DNA from: an uncultured virus (IMG/VR IMGVR_UViG_3300049846_002026)
Taxonomy: Duplodnaviria > Heunggongvirae > Uroviricota > Caudoviricetes
Length of the DNA: 64,000 nucleotides
IMG/VR virus record: IMGVR_UViG_3300049846_002026
Strand: one strand, 5' to 3'
Each line of letters starts with the position of its first letter. Position 1 is the stretch's first letter. The notes under the pieces are model-generated. The model searched no databases, was not told the origin of the DNA, and saw only the letters and a list, made by a program, of their open reading frames with translations. A program made the position numbers and the translations under genes. This document shows positions 37,965-46,266 of the stretch, in pieces.

Positions 37965-38492
37965 GTGGAGCTCGTTGTGATTCACTCCGGCGGAGTACCA
38001 CTGCCCGAGACTTCATTGATCGCAAGCCTGCAGGGCTTGAAGACTGTGTTTCATCTGACAGGATCGCGCTACATTGGTGGATGGCACGATGGTTCAGACT
38101 GGGACTTCATGACGGCGCACTCGCACTACATCGACACACTGTTGTCGGCGATCGGCTTCAAGGAAAGCAAGGCGTTCAAGGAGCATCAGGGCGAGTACTG
38201 GGACGAGAGCAGCCCGTCTAGCGATGGCTTCACGAACATGGTGTGGGAGCTCATCGAGGACAGCGTGAAGTATCAGGTCCAGGTGGTATCGAATCTGGAC
38301 GCGAAGTTGTACGCGAGGGACCGGATCAAGGACGACCTCTTCACAGTGCACTACGTAAGTGGTACGGCCGTACGAATCCAGCTGTGGAACAAGCTGTGCA
38401 ATGAGTTCGTCGGACTCGGCGCAGTCAAGCCGGTGGCAGCCACCACGTTGGAGTTCGGTAGTCCGGAGTACATGAAGTTGTTGTTTCAGTAG
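37965..38492 (+). CDS. nucleotidyltransferase (Pol beta superfamily)-like protein
   Basis: LTGSR...SDWDF motif. Confidence 0.7.
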   Translation: MELVVIHSGGVPLPETSLIASLQGLKTVFHLTGSRYIGGWHDGSDWDFMTAHSHYIDTLLSAIGFKESKAFKEHQGEYWDESSPSSDGFTNMVWELIEDSVKYQVQVVSNLDAKLYARDRIKDDLFTVHYVSGTAVRIQLWNKLCNEFVGLGAVKPVAATTLEFGSPEYMKLLFQ

Positions 38493-38496
38493 ATAT

Positions 38497-38571
38497 GGTG
38501 CGGTGGCCAAACTGGTGAAGGCACCCGGCTGATATCCGGGAAATGTGTGAGTTCAAATCTCACTCGCACCA
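38497..38571 (+). tRNA. tRNA-Ile(GAT)
   Basis: CCCGG-CT GAT AT-CCGGG. Confidence 0.9.
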
Positions 38572-38574
38572 CTT

Positions 38575-38650
38575 GGGGTGGTAGCTCAGCGTTAGAGTCC
38601 GGTCATAGACGATCGGGGGTCGGAGGGTTCGAGTCCTTCCCCACCCACCA
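38575..38650 (+). tRNA. non-canonical tRNA-like gene, anticodon undetermined
   Basis: TAGCTC D-arm, GGTTCGAGTCC T-arm, encoded CCA; anticodon arm CCGGTC-ATAGAC-GATCGG. Confidence 0.65.
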
Positions 38651-38709
38651 AAAGGGCGGCTTGAAAGTACACGACCTGCGTGTACGCCTCGCAAGAGGTA
38701 GCCGGTGCG

Positions 38710-38781
38710 GGGCCCTAAGCATACGTGGCGATGCAGGAGACTCTTAATCTTCAGAACTCGGTTCGATTCCGTGAGGGCTCA
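38710..38781 (+). tRNA. tRNA-Lys(CTT)
   Basis: GGAGA-CT CTT AA-TCTTC. Confidence 0.85.
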
Positions 38782-38782
38782 T

Positions 38783-39214
38783 ATGAAATCGTGCAGTACC
38801 TGCCATAAATCCAAACCGTACACGGATTTTTACAAGAACGCACGGAGTACGGACGGTCTAGGTAATCGCTGCAAACGCTGTATGCAGGCCTATGGCAAAC
38901 TGTGGTATAAGCGTAACGCCGCCGCGCATAAAGCAGCCACACACAAAGGCAAGCAGATACAGCGAGAGGTAGTTCGTATGTGGCTTTTGTGGTACTTGCT
39001 AGAACACCCCTGCGTTGACTGTAGTGAAGCGGATCCTGTGGTGTTGGATTTTGATCATGTTCGCGGCCGCAAGACCTACAACATCGCTGCACTAGCGCAA
39101 CAAGGAGCATCGTTGTCTCGTGTAGTAGCGGAGATTATGAAATGTGACGTTCGCTGTGCGAACTGCCACCGCCGTGCAACCGCTAGTCGACGCGGGACCG
39201 ATAGAAAGCTGTAA
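38783..39214 (+). CDS. HNH endonuclease
   Basis: CSTC, CKRC, CVDC...LDFDHV...CDVRCANCHR. Confidence 0.85.
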   Translation: MKSCSTCHKSKPYTDFYKNARSTDGLGNRCKRCMQAYGKLWYKRNAAAHKAATHKGKQIQREVVRMWLLWYLLEHPCVDCSEADPVVLDFDHVRGRKTYNIAALAQQGASLSRVVAEIMKCDVRCANCHRRATASRRGTDRKL

Positions 39215-39215
39215 C

Positions 39216-39288
39216 GCATCCATAACTCAACTGGTAGAGTAGTCGCCTTTTAAGCGATAAGTTGAGAGTTCGAGTCTCTCTGGATGCA
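39216..39288 (+). tRNA. tRNA-Lys(TTT)
   Basis: GTCGC-CT TTT AA-GCGAT. Confidence 0.93.
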
Positions 39289-39308
39289 CTGACTCCCTCC
39301 CGGTCCAT

Positions 39309-39560
39309 ATGCGTATCTCAGCTGATCTGACCTCTCCATACAATCATCCAGCGGCATACCGGGTCACGGTGTATGTCGGCAAGGAACCGATGCACTCCGT
39401 GGTAGAAGCCTGCGAAGAGACCAACCGCATCTGGGTGCGCGTCCCCGGCACCGCGATGGTGGAGGAGCGCCAACCGTGTGAACGGGTGCACCTGGAGTTT
39501 GTCGACGCGTTCGACCGTCCGATGACACGGGAGCAGGCTGTAGAACGGTATCGTTTGTAA
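39309..39560 (+). CDS. hypothetical protein
   Basis: ORF filling inter-tRNA gap. Confidence 0.6.
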   Translation: MRISADLTSPYNHPAAYRVTVYVGKEPMHSVVEACEETNRIWVRVPGTAMVEERQPCERVHLEFVDAFDRPMTREQAVERYRL

Positions 39561-39564
39561 CCAT

Positions 39565-39635
39565 TGGCCCATCGTCCAACGGCAGGACACCTGACTTTGG
39601 ATCAGGGAATGGTGGTTCGAATCCACCTGGGCTAG
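39565..39635 (+). tRNA. tRNA-Gln(TTG)
   Basis: CCTGA-CT TTG GA-TCAGG. Confidence 0.93.
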
Positions 39636-39681
39636 TAGACCTTGCATTACTGCCGGCAGTGATGTAGATTTCAAGCACAAC

Positions 39682-39754
39682 GGGCGCTTAGCTCATTTGG
39701 GAGAGCAGCCGCTTTGCAAGCGGCAGGTGGCGGGTTCGAATCCCGCAGCGTCCA
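39682..39754 (+). tRNA. tRNA-Ala(TGC)
   Basis: GCCGC-TT TGC AA-GCGGC; G3:U70. Confidence 0.94.
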
Positions 39755-39761
39755 TGGTGAA

Positions 39762-39830
39762 AGGTTTCGCACTGCAACCCAACTTTCTGCCAGCAACATT
39801 TGGGGAAGAGAAGCCCCTAACGAAACCTGT
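39762..39830 (+). ncRNA. ACAGCAA-motif RNA, copy 4
   Basis: AGGTTTCG-CACTGCAA...CGAAACCT-GT. Confidence 0.65.
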
Positions 39831-39835
39831 ACCGA

Positions 39836-39909
39836 TGCCCTCTAGCTCAATCTGGCAGAGCGCCTGACTCTGGATCAGGAGGTTGGTGGTTCGATCCCAC
39901 CGAGGGCAA
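39836..39909 (+). tRNA. tRNA-Gln(CTG)
   Basis: CCTGA-CT CTG GA-TCAGG. Confidence 0.93.
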
Positions 39910-39910
39910 T

Positions 39911-40171
39911 ATGACAACGAAAACATGGGTCATGCCGACAGAAGGATACGTACGGCATCTCTACGTACTTGAAGCAAACGGCTTGGTGCTTGCGGAACTC
40001 CATCCGGCGCCGAACAGCATCATGGCGTACGGCGGCGACACGAATGAGCAAATCGTGTGGTCTGTGGAGTGGCCTCTCGGCGGCAAGCTCTGCGATGTGT
40101 ACGGCCTCAGCAACGCCAAGCGGTACGTTGAAGAGTACTACGCGCGCAATCAGGAACATACGGGTCTGTAG
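39911..40171 (+). CDS. hypothetical protein
   Basis: ORF from tRNA 3' end into next tRNA. Confidence 0.6.
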   Translation: MTTKTWVMPTEGYVRHLYVLEANGLVLAELHPAPNSIMAYGGDTNEQIVWSVEWPLGGKLCDVYGLSNAKRYVEEYYARNQEHTGL

Positions 40172-40234
40172 CTCATTTGGGAGAGCGCTGCAATCGCACT
40201 GCAGAGGTGGTGGGTTCGAATCCCATCAGATCCA
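40162..40234 (+). tRNA. tRNA-Ala(CGC)
   Basis: CTGCA-AT CGC AC-TGCAG. Confidence 0.93.
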
Positions 40235-40237
40235 TAG

Positions 40238-40313
40238 GCTCATTGGGCAGGCGTGGTCGCATTTGCACTGGTCTGAAAAGCCAGACAGCTCGGTTCGATT
40301 CCGAGAGTGAGCA
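40238..40313 (+). tRNA. tRNA-Phe(GAA)
   Basis: CTGGT-CT GAA AA-GCCAG; atypical D-arm. Confidence 0.85.
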
Positions 40314-40342
40314 TTGTACAACTAACCAAGGGGTGTACCAGC

Positions 40343-40600
40343 ATGATGCGGGCTAAGTTCGTTGTGGTGAAGGTAGCGAAGTGTGTCGGCTACAACGGCG
40401 AGCCGATCGGCTCTGTTGAGCTGACGCTCCAAGCGGTTAGTGATGCGCATAACGGCCCGAACGGCGAGCGCGAGGACAGTACCTTCGCACTCTACACACC
40501 GTTCGCCAATCTCAACATGACGATCACGAACCCGGTGTTCTTCGACACGTTCAAGCCTGGAATGAAGTTGTACGCAGACTTCACCGAGGCAGCAAAGTAA
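40343..40600 (+). CDS. conserved phage protein
   Basis: MRAKF...F..YTP..NL.MTITNP...F.PG..YADFT pattern. Confidence 0.7.
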   Translation: MMRAKFVVVKVAKCVGYNGEPIGSVELTLQAVSDAHNGPNGEREDSTFALYTPFANLNMTITNPVFFDTFKPGMKLYADFTEAAK

Positions 40601-40719
40601 GACTTCGCACAGCAATCCAACTTCGACTACGGATCGAGAGATACAGGTTCAAATCCTGTCGACGAAGCTCAGCTTCGTTGTGGTGCAACTGGGTAGCACG
40701 CTATCAAAACGAAGTCTGT
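40600..40719 (+). ncRNA. Y RNA-like (YrlA-type) RNA with circularly permuted tRNA domain (motif copy 5)
   Basis: AGACTTCG-CACAGCAA; ACG anticodon-like hairpin; T-arm; acceptor closed by TCA loop; D-arm; CGAAGTCT-GT. Confidence 0.8.
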
Positions 40720-40724
40720 TTGGC

Positions 40725-40797
<73 letters not shown>

Positions 40798-40799
40798 TA

Positions 40800-40854
40800 A
40801 GATTGCGCACAGCAAAAACCCTGACTTGCACTCAGAGCAAAAACCGCAGTCTGT
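40800..40854 (+). ncRNA. ACAGCAA-motif RNA, copy 6
   Basis: AGATTGCG-CACAGCAA...CTGA-CTTGCAC-TCAG...CGCAGTCT-GT. Confidence 0.7.
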
Positions 40855-40859
40855 TCTAT

Positions 40860-40933
40860 AGGTCGGACGCTCACCGGGCGAGCAGCGGTCTCCAAAACCG
40901 CCATCTAGACGGGTTCGATTCCCTCCCGGCCTG
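40860..40933 (+). tRNA. tRNA-Trp(CCA)
   Basis: GCGGT-CT CCA AA-ACCGC. Confidence 0.85.
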
Positions 40934-40959
40934 TTGCACTTCAACCCAGGGGTACACAC

Positions 40960-41310
40960 GTGGCACAGTTCTCAGAGATCATTCGGCACGCTAACCCGCC
41001 TCGTTTGGAGATCTTCGACCAGGAGATCGTGTGGGTACCGTCACGGATGGAGTTTCACTCGCGGTTCAAGGATGAACCGGCATGGGTCGTGATGGACCTT
41101 GACGACTGGATCCATGTGTGGTACCTTCAGGACCCGGTCGTGTACAAGGAGACCCTGGAGTTTCTGGAAGCGCTTCGGTGGCTGCAGAAGCGGACTACCG
41201 AGTTGCTGAGTCCGGAACAGGCCGATGCCATGCGGACGATCTTCGGTGACGCGGAAGTTGAAGTGAGCCAGATCCGCCTGGCCCCACTTGTTGGTCCGGA
41301 CGAGGACTAA
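40960..41310 (+). CDS. hypothetical protein
   Basis: AGGGG RBS, GTG start. Confidence 0.6.
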   Translation: MAQFSEIIRHANPPRLEIFDQEIVWVPSRMEFHSRFKDEPAWVVMDLDDWIHVWYLQDPVVYKETLEFLEALRWLQKRTTELLSPEQADAMRTIFGDAEVEVSQIRLAPLVGPDED

Positions 41311-41428
41311 GCCATGTGGCATGAGATCGTACAGATTGTCCAGCCGTTTGTGATCATCATCGTGGTACTGGCCCTCATGGGCGTAGTCGCCAAGGTGTTC
41401 GACTGGGCAACGAAGCTGTAGAAGGACC

Positions 41429-41500
41429 GCCTCCGTAGCTGAGTGGCAAAGCACCTCCTTGGTAAGGAGGCGATCACCAGTTCGATTCTGGTCGGGGGCT
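41429..41500 (+). tRNA. tRNA-Thr(GGT)
   Basis: CCTCC-TT GGT AA-GGAGG. Confidence 0.93.
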
Positions 41501-41503
41501 CTT

Positions 41504-41722
41504 ATGTGTAAGTGCATCGAGTGGGGCTGTTTTCGGAAGCTTTGGGTGGACCACGCAACTGGCCGCTACAGCTTCACTGAGGCGGAAGCCGCGGAGCACC
41601 CAGGGTCTGTAGCATATTGGGTGCCGAAGGCGTGTAGCTTCCATGAGAATCGTAGTGACGCGTGTCCATTTGACACGCAGAATATCTGGTACACGAACGA
41701 TCAGTTCAAGCCAGTAAAGTAG
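41504..41722 (+). CDS. hypothetical protein
   Basis: ORF filling inter-tRNA gap. Confidence 0.55.
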   Translation: MCKCIEWGCFRKLWVDHATGRYSFTEAEAAEHPGSVAYWVPKACSFHENRSDACPFDTQNIWYTNDQFKPVK

Positions 41723-41723
41723 C

Positions 41724-41806
41724 GCACCTGTGGTGGAATCGGCAGACACACGACGTTCAGGGCGTCGCGGCTTCGGCCAGTCCGAGTTCGAGTCTCGGCA
41801 GGTGCA
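41724..41806 (+). tRNA. tRNA-Leu(CAG)
   Basis: CGACG-TT CAG GG-CGTCG. Confidence 0.93.
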
Positions 41807-41880
41807 TGCGGGACGGGTGGGGAATGGCTGATGCGTCGCTGCAGCGACCACTGGACCGAAGTACCCATCCGTCCCCTTAT

Positions 41881-41953
41881 CGGAAACTAGCTCAGTTGGG
41901 AGAGCACTCGCTTTGGGAGCGAGGGGTCGCCGGTTCGAGCCCGGCGTTTCCGA
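41881..41953 (+). tRNA. tRNA-Pro(TGG)
   Basis: CTCGC-TT TGG GA-GCGAG. Confidence 0.94.
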
Positions 41954-41956
41954 CTT

Positions 41957-42226
41957 ATGACTACTCAACATGTGCACGTGTACGGCTTGGAGCCACAGAA
42001 CGGCGAAGCGCGCTTCGTGTGTGCGTGTGGCCATCGCAAGGATCTTCAAACCCGGGGCTCGAAAGAGCGGCAACGCATTTGGAGCCTGATCAGCGAGTCG
42101 GCGGAAAGCATCGAAGAGTTGCGGGATGCATTGATTACCGCCGGCAATGACCCGCAAGCGCTTGAGCAGGTGTACTTCGATTACGTCATGCACCCGATCA
42201 GCGAGCGTCTCGTACCATGGGAGTAA
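41957..42226 (+). CDS. hypothetical protein
   Basis: ORF after tRNA. Confidence 0.55.
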   Translation: MTTQHVHVYGLEPQNGEARFVCACGHRKDLQTRGSKERQRIWSLISESAESIEELRDALITAGNDPQALEQVYFDYVMHPISERLVPWE

Positions 42227-42229
42227 CGC

Positions 42230-42358
42230 ATGAGCACGAAGAAGAAGGGATTGCTCACAACCAGCGGGGAGTGGGCCAAGCATCTTCGGAAGTGGGGAAA
42301 GCGGGTCTTCTGGAAGAAGGAGCGCAAGGCAGCAAAGAAGGAGCTGACCAAGGAATGA
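42230..42358 (+). CDS. small basic protein (42 aa)
   Basis: GGAG RBS; MSTKKKGLLTTSGEWAKHLRKWGKRVFWKKER. Confidence 0.6.
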   Translation: MSTKKKGLLTTSGEWAKHLRKWGKRVFWKKERKAAKKELTKE

Positions 42359-42622
42359 TCAAGCTGCGCATCGAGCGGACGCCCTACCACGACGGCTCCA
42401 TGGGGCTGATGGTGCAGGACCTGGACACGGGGAACCTCGTGTTTCGTCGACTCGACCCGAGCGAGTCCGTTCATCAGGCCACGGAAGTGGCTATTGCGGA
42501 ACTGCAGGCACGTCGTTATACTCTCCCCTAGGGCGTTCCTCAAGAGGGTTGGCCCAAAGGAAGAGTCACCTGGAGCCTACGCTGCGGCTTATGAGACCGT
42601 GGCCCTCGCGGGCTCCAGGCCT

Positions 42623-42707
42623 GGACAGATGGCTGAGCGGGTTAAGGCAGCGGTCTTGAAAACCGTCGTACCGAAAGGTGCCGTGGGTTCGAATCCCACT
42701 CTGTCCG
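42623..42707 (+). tRNA. tRNA-Ser(TGA)
   Basis: GCGGT-CT TGA AA-ACCGT; long variable arm. Confidence 0.94.
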
Positions 42708-42732
42708 TGCACTTACCACCACAGAGGATCCT

Positions 42733-43011
42733 GTGATCGTAGTAATGGAGAAGGAGATCCCCGAACTGTTCGCCACCGCAGTGCTGCCGGACTTCCCCGG
42801 CTGCGCACTGGCCGGCTCCAGCTTCGGGAACCACATCGAAGTCCTGATCGAGATTCCTGGCGATCCGATCAAGGCAGTGCTCATGATCGACCGGCCGCAA
42901 GACGGTCTGGTGCCCCTGATGGACTCGCTGGAGAGCATGGAGGCTCAGCTGAATCTCTATCTCGACCACAAGGGTCTGATCCTGGGGGATGGCAACAAGG
43001 ATTGGAACTAA
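42733..43011 (+). CDS. hypothetical protein
   Basis: GAGG RBS. Confidence 0.6.
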   Translation: MIVVMEKEIPELFATAVLPDFPGCALAGSSFGNHIEVLIEIPGDPIKAVLMIDRPQDGLVPLMDSLESMEAQLNLYLDHKGLILGDGNKDWN

Positions 43012-43097
43012 GGAGAGTTGGCAGAACGGCTATTGCAACGGTCTCGAAAACCGTCGCGCTGAAAAGGCGCATCAGGGTTCGAATCCCTGGCTCTCCG
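43012..43097 (+). tRNA. tRNA-Ser(CGA)
   Basis: ACGGT-CT CGA AA-ACCGT. Confidence 0.93.
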
Positions 43098-43392
43098 TTG
43101 ACTTAGACCAGGGGGTGCCGAATGACGGTACCGGTGCTACGGCGCACGTTTCGGTGGATTCCAACCCGGGTACTGCAACACAACGGGCACGTAAAGCTCG
43201 TGTGGCTTGACTACGCCTGGCGGGTCGATTACATTAAGGACAGTCGGTTGCGGCACTCGCCGTGGCTGGCTGATGAGCGGATGGCGAAAGGGTACCTTTT
43301 TCACATTCGTCTCAGACTGCGCCGCGAGGCGCAGCGGCAGTAGGGGCTGTAAGCGCAGGGAACTGGTACACAAGACTGCGCACCTACATTAC

Positions 43393-43465
43393 GCACACGT
43401 AGCTCAATCGGCAGAGCGCGATCCTTCCAAGTTCGAGGCCCCGGGTTCGATTCCCGGCGTGTGCT
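43393..43465 (+). tRNA. tRNA-Gly(TCC)
   Basis: CGATC-CT TCC AA-GTTCG. Confidence 0.9.
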
Positions 43466-43589
43466 CTGGCCAGTGCGATCCTCCGAGATCGCAACCGTAA
43501 CCGCGACATCGCGTAGTAGGCGGCGCCGCTGAAAAGCTAGACGGTTACAATGGTATGGGTTGAAACACCCTGCTGGGCACCAATGTTCT

Positions 43590-43662
43590 GCACGTGTAAC
43601 TCAGTTGGTAGAGTGTCACCTTGCCAAGGTGAATGCCACGGGTTCGAATCCCGTCACGTGCT
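43590..43662 (+). tRNA. tRNA-Gly(GCC)
   Basis: TCACC-TT GCC AA-GGTGA. Confidence 0.94.
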
Positions 43663-43771
43663 TACTCAGTAGTCCCATGCGGCGGATCAGCGCAGGTCGC
43701 ACCTGCGCCCGCAGTAAGTCTACGAGCCGCCACGGTCCAGGCGGAAAGCGCAGCGCTGCGTAGGACCATAA

Positions 43772-43854
43772 GGTACGGTGGGGGAATGGCTTAACCCAGC
43801 TGACTGTAAATCAGCCGCCTTCGGGCTTTGCAGGTTCGAATCCTGCCCGGACCA
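43772..43854 (+). tRNA. tRNA-Tyr(GTA)
   Basis: GCTGA-CT GTA AA-TCAGC. Confidence 0.92.
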
Positions 43855-43855
43855 T

Positions 43856-44425
43856 ATGAATACTATCCTGCATCTCGGCGGTCGTTTCGATCGCGTTCGC
43901 ACCACTGTCAACCTGGCCAGTGACCCTATCACGCGCCCCTGGACCATCATCAGCACCGAGTACGCACCGGCAGAGATTGCCCGGCTCTTTGCTGAGGCCA
44001 AGGTACCAGGGCTGATCACGTTCCACTACTGGGCCTGGGACACCCTGACCAACTTCACGCTCACGCGGAAGCTGATTCGGTCCCGCGGCACCAAGCACCT
44101 GTTCGTGGTGACGGATCAGTACCACATGCGCCGGGCCATGGTGATCGCCAAGATCGTGTACGCCTTCACTGGGGTGACGGTGCATGCCGCCACGCACAAG
44201 ACCGCGGAGCCGGGTCGGGTAGAGCCGCTGTTTCAGGTCATCAAGGACGGGGCTCGGGCGGTGGTGTGGAAGCTCTTCAAGCTCACGCTCTACGATCCGT
44301 TCATCAAGCGGAAGCGCATGCCGGAGATTGGCCGCCTGGCCAAGGAAGCAGCGGCATTGCAGACGGTGCGGTTCGGGACCGAGGATCCGTTCAAGGCGCC
44401 TCTTGACAACCCAAACATGACGTAG
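43856..44425 (+). CDS. DUF218 (YdcF/ElyC-like) protein
   Basis: HLGG, DTLTN, VVTDQYHMRRA. Confidence 0.75.
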   Translation: MNTILHLGGRFDRVRTTVNLASDPITRPWTIISTEYAPAEIARLFAEAKVPGLITFHYWAWDTLTNFTLTRKLIRSRGTKHLFVVTDQYHMRRAMVIAKIVYAFTGVTVHAATHKTAEPGRVEPLFQVIKDGARAVVWKLFKLTLYDPFIKRKRMPEIGRLAKEAAALQTVRFGTEDPFKAPLDNPNMT

Positions 44426-44431
44426 TACCTT

Positions 44432-44505
44432 ACCCTCGTAGCTCAACTGGATAGAGCATCTGACTACGGATCAGAAGGTTGGGGGTTCGAATCCCTCCGA
44501 GGGTG
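44432..44505 (+). tRNA. tRNA-Arg(ACG)
   Basis: TCTGA-CT ACG GA-TCAGA. Confidence 0.94.
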
Positions 44506-44819
44506 TGCTCACCATCTACCACAGGAATCAAACCGTGTACACTGAACTGCCGGACTACAACGCAACACCGGAAACCGCCACCATCGACTTCGTCGTGAGC
44601 TGTGCACAGATGGCGGAAGAGTTCGCGAACGACCTGGAGTTCCTCGAAGAGCAGCTGAGCGACGAAGGCACGTTCATGCTGTTCAACTTCCCTAGCGCCG
44701 GTGAACAGCCGTCGGACGAAGCTGTGGCAGAGCGCTACGAAGAGGTGCTGGAGCTCTGGGTGGACTGCGGCGGAGCGCTGGACACCGTAGGTAGTCTCAT
44801 GGCTTCGGCGCTCGCCTAA
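44505..44819 (+). CDS. hypothetical acidic protein
   Basis: ORF between tRNAs; start uncertain. Confidence 0.55.
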   Translation: MLTIYHRNQTVYTELPDYNATPETATIDFVVSCAQMAEEFANDLEFLEEQLSDEGTFMLFNFPSAGEQPSDEAVAERYEEVLELWVDCGGALDTVGSLMASALA

Positions 44820-44826
44820 GCCAGCT

Positions 44827-44910
44827 GCGATCGTGGTCGGAACTGGCAGACACGGCGGACTCAAAATCCGCTTCCCGCTGGGAGTGTGGGTTCGAGTCCC
44901 ACCGATCGCA
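44827..44910 (+). tRNA. tRNA-Leu(CAA)
   Basis: GCGGA-CT CAA AA-TCCGC. Confidence 0.93.
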
Positions 44911-44933
44911 CTTCTCTTCCAACATGAGGTGGT

Positions 44934-45959
44934 ATGAGCAAGAAGGAGAAGGAGCCGGGCACACCGAAGTCCAAGGGCGCCGCACTAGAAGCGGCGATTG
45001 CCGACATCGAGAAGGCTTTCGGCAAGGGCACGGTGATGCGGAGCAACACGGTCATTGAAGTTCCCGTCATCCCGACCGGTGCGCTCAATCTTGATGTTGC
45101 ACTAGGCGCTGGTGGCATTCCGAAGGGCCGTATCACTGAGGTGTTCGGCCCTGAGTCATCTGGGAAGACCACCATCTGCTTGCACCTGATCGCGAACGTG
45201 CAGAAGGAAGGCGGTGTGGCGGCGATCATTGATGCCGAGCATGCCCTCGACCTGGGCTACGCCGAGAAGCTGGGCGTCAACATCGACCAGCTGCTGGTTA
45301 GCCAGCCGGAATGCGGTGAAGAGGCGCTCAGCGTGGCAGAGAAGCTGATTCAGAGCGGTGCGGTGGACATTGTGGTCGTCGACTCGGTCGCGGCTTTGGT
45401 TCCCCGGGCTGAGCTGGAAGGCGAGATGGGCGCGGCGCACATGGGTCTGCAGGCTCGCATGATGGGTCAGGCTCTGCGCAAGCTGACCGGCATGGTCAGT
45501 CGCACCAACTGCGCGTTGGTGTTTGTGAACCAGCTGCGCGAAAAGGTCGGCGTGATCTTCGGTAGCCCCGAAGTGACTCCTGGGGGCAAGGCGCTCAAGT
45601 TCTACGCCTCGGTTCGTCTCGACGTCCGGGGTAAGAAGCTCAAGGAAGATGACGAGGCGGTGGGCGTCAAGGTCACCGTCAAGGTGGTGAAGAACAAGGT
45701 CGGTCCGCCGTTCAAGCAGGCGGAGTTCGACATGCTCTACGGCACTGGCATCGACACCGCGGGCATTCTGCTGAACGCCGCGGTAGACATGGACATCATC
45801 ACCAAGTCCGGCTCGTGGTATCAGCACAACGGCAAGAACATCGGCCAGGGGTCTGACAACGCCAAGGCCTATCTGCTGGAGAACCCGCAGCTGATGGAAG
45901 ACATCGAGAACCAGTACTGGGCCAATCACTACGAGGCCCCGCTGGCGGAGATCGAATGA
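44934..45959 (+). CDS. recA: RecA recombinase
   Basis: [53 protein letters not shown]. Confidence 0.98.
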   Translation: MSKKEKEPGTPKSKGAALEAAIADIEKAFGKGTVMRSNTVIEVPVIPTGALNLDVALGAGGIPKGRITEVFGPESSGKTTICLHLIANVQKEGGVAAIIDAEHALDLGYAEKLGVNIDQLLVSQPECGEEALSVAEKLIQSGAVDIVVVDSVAALVPRAELEGEMGAAHMGLQARMMGQALRKLTGMVSRTNCALVFVNQLREKVGVIFGSPEVTPGGKALKFYASVRLDVRGKKLKEDDEAVGVKVTVKVVKNKVGPPFKQAEFDMLYGTGIDTAGILLNAAVDMDIITKSGSWYQHNGKNIGQGSDNAKAYLLENPQLMEDIENQYWANHYEAPLAEIE

Positions 45960-46189
45960 GCGACTCGGTCAACGGTCCAAAGCACTACGATGGCGATGCC
46001 TGCATGGTCGCCATCGAACGCACCCTGGGGCACGACGGCGCGATCGGATTCTGCCTGGGCAACGCCATCAAGTACATGTGGCGCGCCGGCAAGAAGGATC
46101 CTGCCAAGGAAGCCGAGGATAAGCAGAAGGCGTTGTGGTACATGGATCGCGCAGTAAAGATCATGCGCGAGCGTGGTGAAACTGGATAG
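45956..46189 (+). CDS. DUF3310 protein
   Basis: VNGPKHY...[17 protein letters not shown]...ED..KALWY. Confidence 0.85.
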   Translation: MSDSVNGPKHYDGDACMVAIERTLGHDGAIGFCLGNAIKYMWRAGKKDPAKEAEDKQKALWYMDRAVKIMRERGETG

Positions 46190-46249
46190 ACACGCGGGCC
46201 TTAGGAGCCCGTGCCGCAAGGCATGAGGGTTCGAGTCCCTCCGCTCGTA
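46167..46249 (+). tRNA. tRNA-Leu(TAG)
   Basis: CGGGC-CT TAG GA-GCCCG. Confidence 0.93.
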
Positions 46250-46266
46250 TCAACTAGGAAATCGCA

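Noticed and set aside
43734..43767. SRP RNA domain IV resemblance (CAGG..GAAA..GCAG)
   Set aside because: Spacing and pairing do not fit, and the long SRP helix is absent.
44403..44431. TTGACA-N17-TACCTT promoter match
   Set aside because: Predicted start would fall inside the tRNA-Arg(ACG) acceptor stem, so it cannot produce that tRNA; left uncalled.
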